A DNA stretch of 64,000 nt from Nemertoderma westbladi (lineage: Eukaryota > Animalia > Xenacoelomorpha). The stretch is taken from assembly GCA_032718475.1 (NCBI GenBank), contig JAUCBJ010001563.1, forward strand, positions 11,240 through 75,239, read 5' to 3'. The first letter of the stretch is position 1. Each line of letters opens with the position of its first letter. The notes beneath the pieces were generated by a model, which searched no databases, was not told the DNA's origin, and worked only from the letters and a program-made list of their open reading frames with translations. The position numbers and the translations under genes are program-made. Shown here piece after piece: positions 48,237-61,989 of the stretch.

Positions 48237-49394
48237 TGTAAAAGCTTTTGCGGAATTAGCCGGTTATTTTCCCCGTAAAGTACTCTGTAGTTGGTTTAAC
48301 AGGCATAAAAGGCCGTATCCTTACTGTACTGGTGTTTCAGTGGACATAAAAAGCCATTTCTTCTGTATGTGTACTTTAGTGGACATAATTAGCAATTCTA
48401 TGTCGCAATACGCGAAATCCTCTTGAAACAGTATAGTTACTATGACGACAGCTAACAGCTGATCTGTACACGTGTAGCTTTTTTCCTTGTTCTCTGGTGT
48501 TTCTTTGTTCGGTCAACCAATCAGAGCGATTCTCCTGCTTTTTGTACAGAAACCTCCGGGAAATCGCGCAATGCATTATGGGTCAATGTTAACATTTTGT
48601 CCTGAGCCCAGAAGACCGGCTTTGGAATCTCTGTGTTTTCAGTCTTTAGCCCAACATTAGTAGGCTTAATTATAGAACGTATATCTGTTATCTTACATAT
48701 CATAACAATTTATACATTAACATTTTGCTGCTATTTACTGTCGGTTATTCATTATATCAGTTGATGGAATATTATTATATTTGGAATATCTATAAATAAT
48801 TACAAAACCCTCAATCTTCTTGATATACTGAAGGTAAGAGAGACCGGTTACATATAACGATTGCGACTTACATTAAAGTGGTTTTGAAGTGAATCTAATG
48901 CTATTTCATAGGCACTACATGTATTGGTTGTTGTTCTCTTTATATGTGACTAAAATTAGTGAAGGTCGGCAGATCGGTGTGCAGCATTGTGCAGTATTGT
49001 GTATGATTGTGACTGATAACAAAGCATCTCCTAAAGAATGCGCTATATACGTGAATCCATAGCCATCCCGTTGTGTCTAGTTTAAGTCATAACTCTGTTT
49101 ACATATTTAGAGCGCCACGTCCTAAAGGAACTGTTAATATTTCCCGAAAGTGAATAATATTTGTCAGAGATTATATATTACGATCAGTCGAATAATACAG
49201 TAGGCCTACACCGCAATAAGGTTAGGCTTCCGAATCCAGTCTCCCGGATATATCCAGCGGGTGAATGGTCGCGCATAGACTGGCTTCGGCTAATGTAGTG
49301 TATCAAATACTCGTCATAGGCTAAAGACGATTTATTATCTAGAAGACATCCCAATTTGGCAGGTTAAACTGCTAAAGGTCTGAAAGCGCGAACA
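48237..49394 (+). repeat. 3' LTR, 1158 bp
   Basis: Direct repeat of 32419-33576. Confidence 0.97.
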
Positions 49395-50700
49395 GGGATG
49401 GTAAAGTGAAAGTAATTCAGACAAGTATTCCGGAGCCGTTTCATGTAGGCATTTATAAGTAAGAACTGCTAGTATCTTGTAGTCAATTCGTCTATGAACT
49501 GGTAGCCAATGAAGTTTTTCAAGAATGGAGATATGGTCATATTTTCTGACATTACAGAGCAATCTAGAAGAACAGTTCTGTACATATTGCAGCTTCTTAA
49601 TATATTTCTGTGGTAACCCAAAGTACAGTATAATGAATTATTCAAGTCCAACCGAGATGAGATAAAAGCGTGAATCGCTGTCTCCAAGTCTTTTTTAGGC
49701 AAATATTTCCTAATCCGCGAAAGATTGCGAATGTATGGTAGAATGACTCCGAAACTACGTGAGCTATTTGTTTATCTATCCTCAGGTGTTCATCCTCAAT
49801 AAAACCAATACTCCTGGCTGATTTATGACTTTCCTCCATTTTCCTCCGATTTGCAGCTTTTGAGCAGGCAGTTGATCAGCAAAACGCGATTGCATTAGGA
49901 CCATCTCAGTCTTACCGTCATTTATTTTCATAAAATGCTTATTCATCCAATTTTTAATATCACCAATGCAATCTGCCTAACATCAATGACCTCACTACGT
50001 TTAAATGAAACATATAGCTGTGTATCATCAGCAAACAAGTGATATTTTAGACATTGTCGCCGAATTACGTTGGAAAGGGAACGCGTATATAGTTAAAATA
50101 ATAATGGCCCAAGAACAGAACCCTGTGGAACTCCATATTTCAAATACTTTTTATGTGAATAACTATCTCCAATAAGTACTCGATAAGAGCGCTCACTAAG
50201 GTAAGAGCGAAACCAATTTAATGCATGCCCAGTTACACCAACATTATGCTCTAAAATTTGTAGTAGTATGGAATGGTCAATGGCATCAAACGCGGCACTT
50301 AAGTCGAGCTCCCCTATATGCGCTCTGAAATGGTTTATATAAAGAATGCAGGTGTAAATGATTTATTAATTGCTGTGCAACAACCTAACCTTTTCAGTTA
50401 TCTTCGCAAGAATTTTCAAGTTTGATACCGGGCGAAAGTTATTTATATGTCAGGGTTAAGACGCCTCTTCTTAATCAATGGACGCAATACACTCTCTTTG
50501 AAGAGTTGTGGGACTTGCCTAATCGACAATGACAGATTGATTATAATTACAAACAATCGTAACAGCAATCCAATGCATCCATGTAACACCCTAGAGGGAA
50601 GTGGATCAGATGTGCATGCATATACTGGGCATACAAGTAAATGTATGGCGTAGGGACATACTGATCAATAATGTCGCACTGCGATATACGTTGGAAAATA
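49395..50700 (-). mobile_element. L2/CR1-group LINE, decayed RT region
   Basis: [67 protein letters not shown]; contains stops, frameshifts and deletions. Confidence 0.9.
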
Positions 50701-51299
50701 TATCGCTCTGGCGAATTGGTAGTGCGAAATTAATTCCATTAAATTCAATAAAATAATTCATTATTATTATTGCATAATAAATAATGTAGTACATGATTTT
50801 CACTATATTATACTAAGATATTTTAGCGAGCGTAGAGAGGTTAATAAAGAAGCGAGGAAACATTGAAAATATATTTATGGAAATATTTATATACAGTAGC
50901 CGATTTTGAAATGTGGAGTTGTTTGGTTGCAGAGGCAACCGGCTATATGGATCGTAGTAGGGATATAAGTTGGAATATAAAGCAATTGTGGGTTTGTAGA
51001 GACAATACAGTATTCACACACAGGCTTTTGTTTCGATTTCTGCCAGTTACTACCGCGGTTAGGTACAGTAGTAGATTAGATGAACTGAACAGTGAACAAT
51101 ATTCCAGTTTTTTTTATATTGGTATTCGGATGAAACATATTTCACATGAAAAAGTGAGATGGTTTGGGACAAAATGGGATATTCGGGCGTGCCACTCCCA
51201 CCGGATATCTCGTGGGACAGCGTGACTGAAACTCCAAAGCAGCGGGGAAGTTCAGTTCCGCCCGCGGAAATCAGCACACCATACTTTTGAGTTCTTTAA

Positions 51300-51967
51300 C
51301 CCTATTAGTACCGGGCTATAAAATGTTGTACAAATACCGGGAGGGGTCCCCTATATGCGCTCTGAAATGGTTTATATAAAGAATGCAGGTGTAAATGATT
51401 TATTAATTGCTGTGCAACAACCTAACCTTTTCAGTTATCTTCGCAAGAATTTTCAAGTTTGATACCGGGCGAAAGTTATATATTTCATCGAAACGAGAAC
51501 CCCAAAAAAACCCCAATTGCGTAAAAAACAAGTTTCAAACAATCAATTTTCAAAATTGACATATTTCAAAATTTGGTGCTAGCACCAAAATTTGGCACGC
51601 GCCAAAAAAACAAGTTTGAAATTTCTAAATCAATTTATATGAACTCCATCCAACTGCTAACACCAAAAAACCGGTGTAAATCAAAAATAGAGATGTTACA
51701 ATTCATATTTAATGAAATGTAATTTTCAAAAAACGTCTCAAAAAAAGTGCCAAAAGTAGGGTTAAAAAATGGTGCTATAACGCGAAAACTGCTCAATATT
51801 TTTGAAAATGGTTTTCACTACTAGGAAGACAATAGATTTTTGGGAAAAGTCATAAAGTTTCAGATTCTCAACTGCGTTTGTTTCAGAATTATAACAAAAA
51901 AACCACGGGAGGGGCCATATTGACCCCCACCCCCCCCCCCCCCCCCCCCCCCCCGGGTTTAATAGGG
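51300..51967. mobile_element. piggyBac-type MITE
   Basis: ttaa|ccctatta...ccggg and cccgg...taataggg|ttta. Confidence 0.82.
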
Positions 51968-52094
51968 TTTATAAGAGTGAAAAGCTGTTATGAGTGAAGT
52001 TTGTAATAGTTTTCGATTTTCGCATCTGTATTTGTTGATTGTACTGTATTTGTGTATGTCATTTACCATCAAGAAACCCGAGACTTGGAGGCGA

Positions 52095-52325
52095 TCCTTG
52101 ACACATTTCCCGACAACCGCAGCCAAACGACGCGCTACAGAATGCAAGGAAAGCAACTGGATCTCCACCATACCGCTCAGTCAACATAACTTCGACCTGT
52201 ACCAGCCCGAGTTTCGAGACGCCATTGCGATTCGGTACGGGTGACCAATCACCATAGTGCCGAACTGCTTTGATGGCATGGGTGGGGGCCTCCTTCGATC
52301 TAAATCACGGTTTAAATTGTCAATG
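52095..52325 (+). pseudogene. Decayed fragment of a CRE element
   Basis: SNWISTIPLSQHNFDL...EFRDAIAIRYG and FDLNHGLNC match the protein at 14608-16537. Confidence 0.85.
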
Positions 52326-52369
52326 GGGGGGGGGGGGGGGGGGGGGGGCTCAAGATAATAATTTCTGGC

Positions 52370-52725
52370 TGTTGTCGATGATCGATTTCAATATGACTGT
52401 AGCACTCATATTCTAGCCCAAAACAATTACCAATTGAGGGAAAGGAGCAGGTTAAAGAGTAAGGCTTTTCTAACCAAAACTATAAAAGATCACTTTTCCA
52501 ATGAGGGGAAGGAGCAGGTTACATAGACGAGTTATTCTAACCAAAACAATAAACGAACACTTTTCCAATTGTGGGAAAGGAGCAGGTTACAGAGGCGGGC
52601 TTTTCTAACAAAAACAATAAACGATTATTTTGCCAATTAGGGAAAGAAACAGATTACAGAAACGGCTTTTCTAACAAAAAAATAAACGACCATTTACCAA
52701 ATTGAGAAAAAAGAGCACTTTACGG
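52370..52725 (+). repeat. 68-bp repeat family array with unique head
   Basis: gggaaaggagcaggttacagaggc...ttctaaccaaaacaataaacga units; head homologous (inverted) to 59050-59120. Confidence 0.85.
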
Positions 52726-53559
52726 CAGCACGATTTTATAGTGCTGTTTTGGCAAAAAACGGCCCGATATTTTCGATATCAGTGTGTTTCGCTATCAAAT
52801 GGGGAATAAGTAGATTTTTCGAACACATTAGTATGTGGACTCATTTGTTGGTTTAGAACTAAAGTAGTGATATATACCACTAGTTACAGCTACTCATACA
52901 AGTGTACGCAGTTAGTCAGGATCAATTAAATGGATAGTTCTTTTTACAGAACACAGCAGAACACAGTAGAACACAGCATAACACAATAGAATACAGGCGG
53001 AACATAGGCGAACACAGCTGTAATTAAAATCTACACCAAAAAATAATACACTTGGGGAAAGTACCGGACTTAATCATACAACTGTAAGATGTCAATTACA
53101 TATTTAAATTAAATGGCGGTTTTCCATATTTTTTTTTATCCTCCAAAATAAATTACCTGATCAGAGTTGCCCGATCAGCTGTTCGGTTAGGCCTGTACCT
53201 GTTACTAGTCCAGCAGTCTGCCTGTCATCCTGTTCCAGTACTGCAGTAGGCCTAGTGCTGTAGAGACATGTACAGACTGACAGACTATACATTGTACAGG
53301 CAGACAGATGTAGGCATTTACCGGCAATTACCGGGCACAGTGTAGAGTATAATGTACTGATGTAGGCCTACTCAGCTACCGGTACTGTACTGCTGTAGAA
53401 CTAACCAACTCTCCATGGTTACAGGTAGGCCTACTGTGTAGCCTACCATTTAAATACGGCAATGGTAGGCCTACCGGCTGACCGGTTGTGCTAATAAATA
53501 TTAAATAATTGATAGGTCAAACTGGATTGTGGAAAATGTGGATATACCTTTCACATAAT

Positions 53560-55995
53560 TCAGTAGGGAACACATGCCCAAACAGGCAGTGCAGACTTTG
53601 CAAAATGCACTGCCATATTAGGCAGTTTTAGCCTAAATTTCTGATAAAATGTCAATTTTTATTAACTTCCTGCTTGAAGGGCCCCTTTTTTATTTCATGG
53701 GATGAAAATATAATATGTATTGCAAGGTAAATGGAAAATTTGGTAGACTTTCACAGTTGGGTTTTAGAGACATCAGACTTTGAAAATTGCTAGTCAAAAG
53801 CATGCACTGCCCAAAATAGCAGTGTTCTGCTTAATATAGCAGCATACTGTTTGAACTAGCAGTACAATGCTTAAAATGGCAGTGCAAAATCAGAAAATGC
53901 ATTCAGCATCAGCATTACATACAATTCAGCAATTCTGATGGAAACAATATATACTATATATAAATAACCAATATTCAACAGATTTTATAAATCAATTTTT
54001 CACAGTTTGAAACACCAGTAGACTGGGAGAGTTGGAAAAAGAAAGACCCGATCATATTTCTCCTGAATTTGTATAATATATATATCTGTATATGGTTTGT
54101 TGGTTTGTATTGCATTCTCTATATCCATTACGTACTATTGTCGAATGAATGACTTTGTATGTGTTTTAATCTACGTACTCCTATTGCTGTATTGCCTATT
54201 GTAAACATAAACGCTCATCTCAGTTTTAGCTTAATTTATACTATCGCAATATTAGCGTGTTAATTTTAATTTTTAATTTGTAATATTTTTATATTGTAGA
54301 TATTCAGTATTATGTTTGTTTTACTTGTCAGCTTGTGGCTTACTCTTCATGTTTTACTATTGACGTTTTAACCTATCAGCCAGCTTATTGTACTTGTTCA
54401 CAAAAACGTTAGTATCAAATTTTGCTTTAAAAAAAATAAACTGTTGCAACATGTGTTTGTGAGAATATATTATCTTTATTATTATTTTTTATTTATGTTG
54501 GTTTTACTCATTGCTCACTCTATATTTTACGTTTTCCATCTACTGTAAAACCAACATAATACTGTATCAATTTACAATTAATTGATTTATATATATCAAT
54601 TTTAGATTACTGGTCAGCTGGTAAGTCATACTGTATCAAAATTCTAGTAAATTATATAAATTTTGTGTGTGAACGTGTAAATCTAAATATAGGACTATTT
54701 TTTAGTATCTACATTGGATTTAATTATTTCTTACTAATGATCTGATGACTTCTTATTAGGGCTCGATCGGAGCTCCGGCCTCCGGCTCCGGCTCCGGTCA
54801 TTTTGGCACCTCCGGCTCCTGCTCCGGCTCCGGTAAAAATATTGCCGGAGTTAATTTTTTAATAAAGTATTATATTTCGTGCATATTCTAATCTGAACAA
54901 TTATTTAACACTATAAGTACCGGTACTGTAGTACAGCTTCAATCTCAAGTATAATCTGATAATACTGCAGTATTTACTTAAAGTCAATGCTGCAATGACT
55001 GACTGACTGTACTGCAGTACTGGTACCGGTACTCTGGTACTGGCCAGCTGGCTGACTAGCAGACTATTACAGATAGGCCCTACTTTAAAAAATTGTAAAT
55101 GCTATGATTGTACACTGTCATACTGTACCACTGCAGCCATTTATTTTTGAAAAACTCCGGCTCCTGCTCCGGCTCCGGCCAAATTGTCCAACTCCGGCTC
55201 CGGCTCCGGCCAAATCCCAACTCCGATCGAGCCCTACTTCTTATACAGTAATTTGTATTTTGTTAACAAATAATGCCTTATCAGTTAATCCTTAAACAGT
55301 GCCTTATAAAAAATTTATTTCTATATCCATAAATTACTGAATTATTAAACAATAAATTAATCAAGGGGAGGTAAATTTCTGTACAGACCCCTTAAAGATG
55401 ACAGTTTTAAATATGATAAATATTAGGCCTAATGATTTTATTACTAACTATTTACTATCAATAATTATCAGTTACCATATCAATCAGTCAATAAACATAA
55501 ATTTTATCATTAGCGAACCGTAACTTTTAATATTAACAAACTATAGGCCTATAACTGTATAATACATATTAATAAATTACCTGTCAGTGACTGTGTAAAT
55601 TGTTAACCAGTTAACTGAATAACTAACAAAAACAAAATATATAAATTGCTTTCAAAAGGATAGGCTTATACTGTAGATAGAAGATAGATAGACTGCTTAG
55701 CAGATACAGTACAGACAGAGATAGATAAACTCTGAAGGACTGAAGGATGCCTGGCATTGCCAGGCTCTCCAGCTCTCCTACAGACAGACAGAAGGAATTA
55801 ATTCAATACCATAACTGCCATTTTAGGCAGTGCATGTTGTTGACTTGCAATTTTCAATGTCAAATATCTCCAAAACCCAACCATGAAACTCTTACCACAT
55901 TTTGTATTTACCTCCAATATATATCATATTTTCATCCAATGAAATAAAAATGGGGCCCTTCCAGCAGGAAGTTGATACAAATTCACATTTTATCC
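53560..55995. mobile_element. Old inverted-repeat element or inverted pair of copies
   Basis: ~53640-53825 is an imperfect reverse complement of ~55812-55995; boundaries uncertain. Confidence 0.55.
54757..55236. mobile_element. hAT MITE, 480 bp
   Basis: TIR tagggctcgatcggag; TSD cttcttat; (ctccgg)n subterminal repeats. Confidence 0.93.
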
Positions 55996-56089
55996 GAAAT
56001 TTAGATATTTAAATATGAATTTAAATAAGACTACTGTAAACTGTAACCTATTATGTTATTGAGTTAATGTTTATTGACTAATTGTTTTG

Positions 56090-56530
56090 ATTAGGTTCAC
56101 TGTGTCAAGTACAATGCACACATCTCTGCCTCTCCAACCAAACACTATATAACATTGGAGTTGGAGGTGTCTCATTCAGTCATTGGTTCCCCCAAGCTTG
56201 ACACTAGAACAAAGCCGACTCCGCTTTGCAGGACATCGCTTTAAGCCATGAGGACCCAGCCAGTGCACCTCATGGAGTGAATAAGCATGGTGGACAGCCC
56301 ATAACTTTCTTGAGACGCATCTTTCTTACTGTCTTAAAGGACACTGGCCTTGAAGATGCGGATGATCTAGCAAATATCATTGGTGACTGGGTGATAAGGC
56401 TGTAAGAGTGTAAGGGAGTTGTGGAGGCGCACTTTTGTCAACAAGCCGGCACAGCCTTCTTAATACATAATAGGGCCTATAGGGTATATAATGCAGTTGC
56501 AATGAATCATGCCGATTGTAGTAGTAGTAT
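56090..56530 (+). mobile_element. RTE-like LINE 3' fragment (same family as 22305-22880)
   Basis: Shared catggagtgaataagca...aaggacactggccttg...acaagccggcacagc; (gta)n tail. Confidence 0.8.
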
Positions 56531-57430
56531 GTGGTGAGGTTATAGGGATCCTTCAATTGGTAAAGTCAAAAGTGGCCGTTTATTGTTTTAGTTAGAAAAG
56601 CCTGCATCTGTAACCTGTTCCTTTCACTCAATTGGTTTATGATTATGACGTGTGTTACTTGTTACTTCTGTACTTATTATGTGGAAACCCCAACACGTTA
56701 ATCAGTTACTAATCCCATTTCATTATCCTGTTATCCAGCCGTTTTATAATACCCTTCCTGTTGTATGGAAAAATTAGAAGAGATGGTGGTAGCATCAACT
56801 TGTAGTATTTCTTTCTGATAAGGCTCCCATAGCCTTAGACGAAATCGTAGCTTGTACTGTAGTTAGCCTTAGCAGCAGCTGCAGTTGGCTAACCTGGCAT
56901 TGCTACCAGTATCCACCAAATATAATTTGTAATTAAATATTTGTTGGAGCATAACCTAATCTAGTCCTAAAGACACTATAAAGTCCTGGGTACATAAGGC
57001 TGTAATTCAGTATAGTAAGTACAGTCATTACACTGAAGATACATACAGAGCTGCAAAGGCAACTTTCCATAACTTAACAGCTGTCTGGCTGTCTCTCATC
57101 TGTCATGCTTCATGTACCTTTAAGTTCGATTCTCAATGTCACGTCCAAAATTGGACTTAAAGTCCAATATTGGACTTTTGTAAAATTCAAAGCCTTATAA
57201 AAAAAAGTTCCCCCTGGTGAATTTCAGGTCCCCCTGTTCAAAACTCTTATTTTTTGATATATTTTCGATTAAAGAAAAAAAATCCCGCCCGATCCAATTA
57301 CCCAAGGCCCTGGAACAATTGGCTGATTTGAAGTCCAATATTGGACTCACAGAAGTCCAATTTTGGACTTGAACTGGAGTCGAAGTCCAATTTTGGACTC
57401 AAGTCCAATTTTTGACTTCTCACCGACTGC

Positions 57431-57525
57431 CTGGTATTCTTCACATGGGGGTAACTGCGCAAAATAAAATATAACGGCAGAAAGTCTGGTATTCTTCGCC
57501 CATGTCAGCATGTGAAGAATACCAG
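57431..57525. repeat. Small TIR element
   Basis: ctggtattcttcacatg ... catgtgaagaataccag; same motifs at 5815-5832 and 6018-6140. Confidence 0.65.
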
Positions 57526-57644
57526 AATACCTTACTAGTACATAATAGTACTTAACTAATTATGTTTATGCTAATTATTTATCAACCTATTATTGCCACA
57601 TGGGTGGGTGGGTGGATGGGAATGTGGGAAGGTGCCCGCTGGTT

Positions 57645-59120
57645 GTTTATTGTTTTGGTTAGAAAAGTCAGCCGCGGTAACATTCTCCTTTCCCTCAATT
57701 GGTAGGTAACTAAATCGTTTATTGTTTTGGTTAGAAAACCCTGTCTCTGTAACCTGCTCCTTTCCCTCAATTGGTAGGTAACAACGTCGTTTATTGTTTT
57801 GGTTAGAAATTACAGCCGCTGTAACATGCTCTTTTCCTTAAATTGGAAGGTAACAACAGCGTTTATTAATTCCCACATTCCCATCCACCTTCCCATATTC
57901 AGATATTCCTTCATCGTCTGGGTATACTGTAAACACCACTGTATCAGCTGGCAATATGGGGCATGTTAAGTGTTTCTTCATATACATCTACACACACACT
58001 AGGCCTACACAGTAGGCCTAGAGAGATTCCCCTTCCTGCCTTCCCTTTCTGCCTTTAGCGTAACAAACCTTCATCCTATATCACATTTTTTTAATATATA
58101 ATAACATGCCTTTGTGCATTTAGATGCATACCGGTATGCCTGCCTGTACTGCTACTTCATATGATGATACTGATACTTAACAGGGCAACATGAAACGTGA
58201 TCCCCTATTCAGCTAGGCCTATTGGCTATTTACCTAACAGACAGTTAGGTAAATATTATATTTATTTCTCCTGATTGGTTATAGGATCAGACTGTCAGAT
58301 GCTGTCAGATGCTGTCAGATCAGATCAGATCAGATAAGGACAGACGTTTTATTCTACCTCATCAGTTTTATAATGGATCATGACTACTCTGTCTTCTACT
58401 AACCGGCCGGACTACTCCACCTACTCCTTCCCTCAAATAGTTAAGTGATCGTTTATTGTATTGGTTAGAAAATCCTGCCTCTGTAACCTGCTCCTTTCCC
58501 TCAATTAGTTAAGTGATCGTTTATTATTTTGGTTAGAAAATCCCGCCTCTGTAACCTGCTCCTTTCCCTCAATTAGTTAAGTGATCGTTTATTGTTTTGG
58601 TTAGGAAATCCCGCCTCTGTAACCTGCTCCTTTCCCTGAATTGGTAAAGTGACCGTTTATTGTTTTTGTTAGAAAGGCCCGCCTCTGTAACCTGGTCCTT
58701 TCCCTCACTTAGTTAAGTGATCGTTTATTGTTTTGGTTAGGAAATCCCGCCTCTGTAACCTGCTCCTTTCTCTCAATCGGTAATGTTATCGTTTATTGTT
58801 TTGGTTAGAAAATACCATCTATGTAACCTGCTCCTTCCCTTCATTCTTGGTAAAGTGATTGTTTATTGTTTTGGTTAGAAAATCCCGCCTCTGTAACCTG
58901 CTCCTTTCCCTGATTTGGTAAAGTGACCGTTTATTGTTTTGGTTAGAAAGGCTAGCCTCTGTAACCTGCTCCTTTCCTTCATTTGGTAAAGTGACTGTTT
59001 ATTGTTTTATGGTTAGAAAATCCGGCCTTAACCTGCTGACCTGCCATCAATTGGTAATTGGTTTTTCTATAAAATGAGTGTTTTGCTACGTCATGTGGTA
59101 GGCCTAATCGATTATCGATC
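57645..59120 (-). repeat. 68-bp repeat family arrays (57645-57870 and 58425-59055)
   Basis: Unit tcaattagttaagtgatcgtttattattttggttagaaaatcccgcctctgtaacctgctcctttccc; single units also near 1-62, 10250, 31110, 56580, 60060 and 62700. Confidence 0.9.
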
Positions 59121-59154
59121 TTTTACCACAGGCGCATATAGAAATCTATCTCAT

Positions 59155-60557
59155 ACAGTCTGGTTCCCGGCTTAATTTGACATTATGTCAAATTTGACAT
59201 GTGGCATGTCAAATTTGTCACAAATGTCAAAATTGCCATTTCGTTGTTTAAATTCTAACTATACAGCTATAGGCATAGTTAAAAGACAGATGTCAAGGCA
59301 AATACGGGTAGTTGGTACCGGTAGTTGATAGTACTTACCAGCTTACTGACTTAATAGTTAAACAAATAGTTAATAGTACTTTCTTTAGTTGTATTCAGTA
59401 AAAATATAATCAGGCAATGTACGTGTACGAGCAATCCCTCTGTGAGCAAGTGGAGTTCGATGGAAATGCTACATATGCCTGCCTATCCCATGTGTAGCGA
59501 TTCTGAATAGGCTAATTGTATTGATATTGAGTTCCGAAATTTCATGTAGATATAATATAACAATGATTTGTGTTCTTTAAATAATTTACAGATTCTTGTT
59601 TATTTTTAAAGATTGAGATTAAAGATTGCGGGTTAGATATTAAATGTCATTTCCATGATTTCTATGCAGCCAGCTTTCAACCTTAACCCATGTTTGGCTC
59701 TGTCTGGCCGCAATATAAAATTTATATAATTGATTAATTGACCCCTCACCCCCCCCCCCCCCCCCCCCCCCCTTCCATTCGAAATAATAATGCCATATAT
59801 AATTAAACTACGGTAAGCTAAGAATGGTGAACTGAACTGATATTTATCAAGTTAAATTAGGTTACTATTATTTATTGTTATATTTTGTTATTGTTACTGC
59901 TGTGCTGTACTGTTATTAAACTGTTATTTAAGGGGGGGGGGGGGGGGGGGACTGGACGCAATAAAATTGCATCCCTCTCCAGGGGACATTGGACACAATT
60001 ATAACAGTGGATTACTCTCAAAAATTAAACTGTAACCTGTTCTATTGTGTTTAGCTGTTTAGTATATTGTTTTGGTTAAAGTAATGTGCCTTTGTAACCT
60101 GCTCCTTTCCAGAAGGAATCCGTAATTAAATATCCCATTTTTCATTTCATCAGTTGTCCAGTTTAAAATATAAAGCTATAATAATTAAAATTGATGTTGG
60201 ATCAATTAAACAGATTTAATAATAAACCTTCAACATCAAATCGTCTTATATAGGCCTATTTATACTACTGGTATAATATTAAATGTCAAATTTGGAATGT
60301 CATGTCAAATTTGAATCTTGCAGAATTTAAAACGTAATTATTTCAAAAAATTCTTGGTGAATTTCAATTACCCCTGGTGAAAATGTTCAAATGGCAAATT
60401 AATGTCTACATATAAAAATTCAGATGCCCAATTAAATAATTGAACTCCCAAAGCACTTTTTCTCTTTTTCCATGTCAAATTTAGCATGAAATGTCAAATT
60501 TGAAAAGCAAAATGCCAAATTTGACATAATGTCAAATTAAGCCAGGAACCAGACTGT
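59155..60557. mobile_element. Non-autonomous TIR element, ~1.4 kb, superfamily unassigned
   Basis: TIR acagtctggttcc.ggcttaatttgacattatgtcaaatttg; flanks cat/cat (or tcata/tcata if the ends are 1 bp shorter). Confidence 0.85.
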
Positions 60558-61062
60558 CATAGTCTATAAATCATGGAATTTTGAATGTTTTGGCACAGGC
60601 ATAGTGAAACCAACTGTCCGACAGACCAGACAACCAGAAATCAACAAATTTTGAATGTTTTGGCATAGGCATGTTGAAATCAACTGTGTGACAGTCCAGA
60701 AATCATCAGTCTGACTCTGACAGTCCAGAAATCATCAGACTGACAGTTTGAAGAAATACATACTTGAAAAGTCATTAAAGGACAACAAAAGTCATTAAAG
60801 GGACAACAAAAGTCATTATGCACAATTCTTAAAAAAAAAGGAGGACAAAAAAAGTCAAATAAAAGGACATAAAAAATCACTGCCTAAAATTATTATGAAT
60901 TTCAATCAGTCAATATGCATTACAGTCTGACAGTAGTACTGTCTGACTGTACATCTCTACATCTGTAGTACTACTGTCTGACTTTAGTAGGCCTACATTT
61001 TAGACAGCAGTCAGCGAGTCAGGCAGTCTGGCAGTACTATGGCATACAGCACTGCTGACTGT

Positions 61063-61930
61063 TAGGGCTCGATCGGAGTTTTTATTTTACCGGAGCCGGA
61101 ACCGGAGTGGAAAAAAAATTGCCGGAGTTTGACCGGAGCCGGAGTTTCTTTCCCTATGTGTATTTTCCCTATATCCGGGCCGGGTCGCCGTCGTTAGTAC
61201 TCATATCCGGGTCGCCGTCGTCGGTACTCATATCCGGGCACCGGGTCGCCGTCGTTGGTACTTACATCCTGGTCGCGGACAGAACTTGCATCATTCTCAG
61301 TCCATTCCCCTTCCAGCTGTCCAGAATTATAGTACATATAGCCTGATAGCTGTATGATAGTAGTACAGTCAGACAGTAGCTTGAGGTGCGGGATTGTCAG
61401 ACTGTGTATTCAAGCTGTCAGGTAGGCCTACCGCTACCAGTACAGCAGTTCCGGAATTAGATTAAGTCAGTGAGTATGAGCTGATGAGTACAGAAGTCAG
61501 GAAGTAGTACCGGTACTACTGTACTGCTGTAGTACTACCAGTACCAGCCTGCCAGTAAATCTACTGATCTAAGTTATTTAGTATTACACTGCTCTACCAG
61601 TCTACTGTAGTACAGTAACAGTAGTATAGTAATACTGTAATAATAGTAGTATCAAAGTAGTATAGTCAGACCTGACTCGCTGACTGCCTGACAGTACTGC
61701 AGTACTACCGGTACTGGACAGCTGGAGTAGGCTATTGGAGTACCGTACACTGGAATATACTGCTGCCATATGCCTATCTGCCTATACTAGCCTATATATT
61801 ATGTACATTAATATAAAACATACAAATTAAAAAAACTCCGGCTCCGGTGATTTTTCTAACTCGCTCCGGTTCGGAGCCGGATGTATGAAACTCCGGCCGG
61901 AGCCGGAGCCGGAACTCCGATCGAGCCCTA
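61063..61930. mobile_element. hAT MITE, 868 bp
   Basis: TIR tagggctcgatcggag (same as 54757); TSD ctgactgt. Confidence 0.93.
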
Positions 61931-61989
61931 CTGACTGTAGTATGCCTACTTTAAGAGTACTGGTACCGGCACACTACAGCACTACTGCC

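Larger units (their letters stand above)
32419..49394 (+). mobile_element. Non-autonomous BEL/Pao LTR retrotransposon, 16,976 bp
   Basis: TG...CA LTRs, 5-bp TSD ggggt/gggat (1 mismatch), PPT gggagcgg before the 3' LTR, BEL-type gag with three knuckles. Confidence 0.93.
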
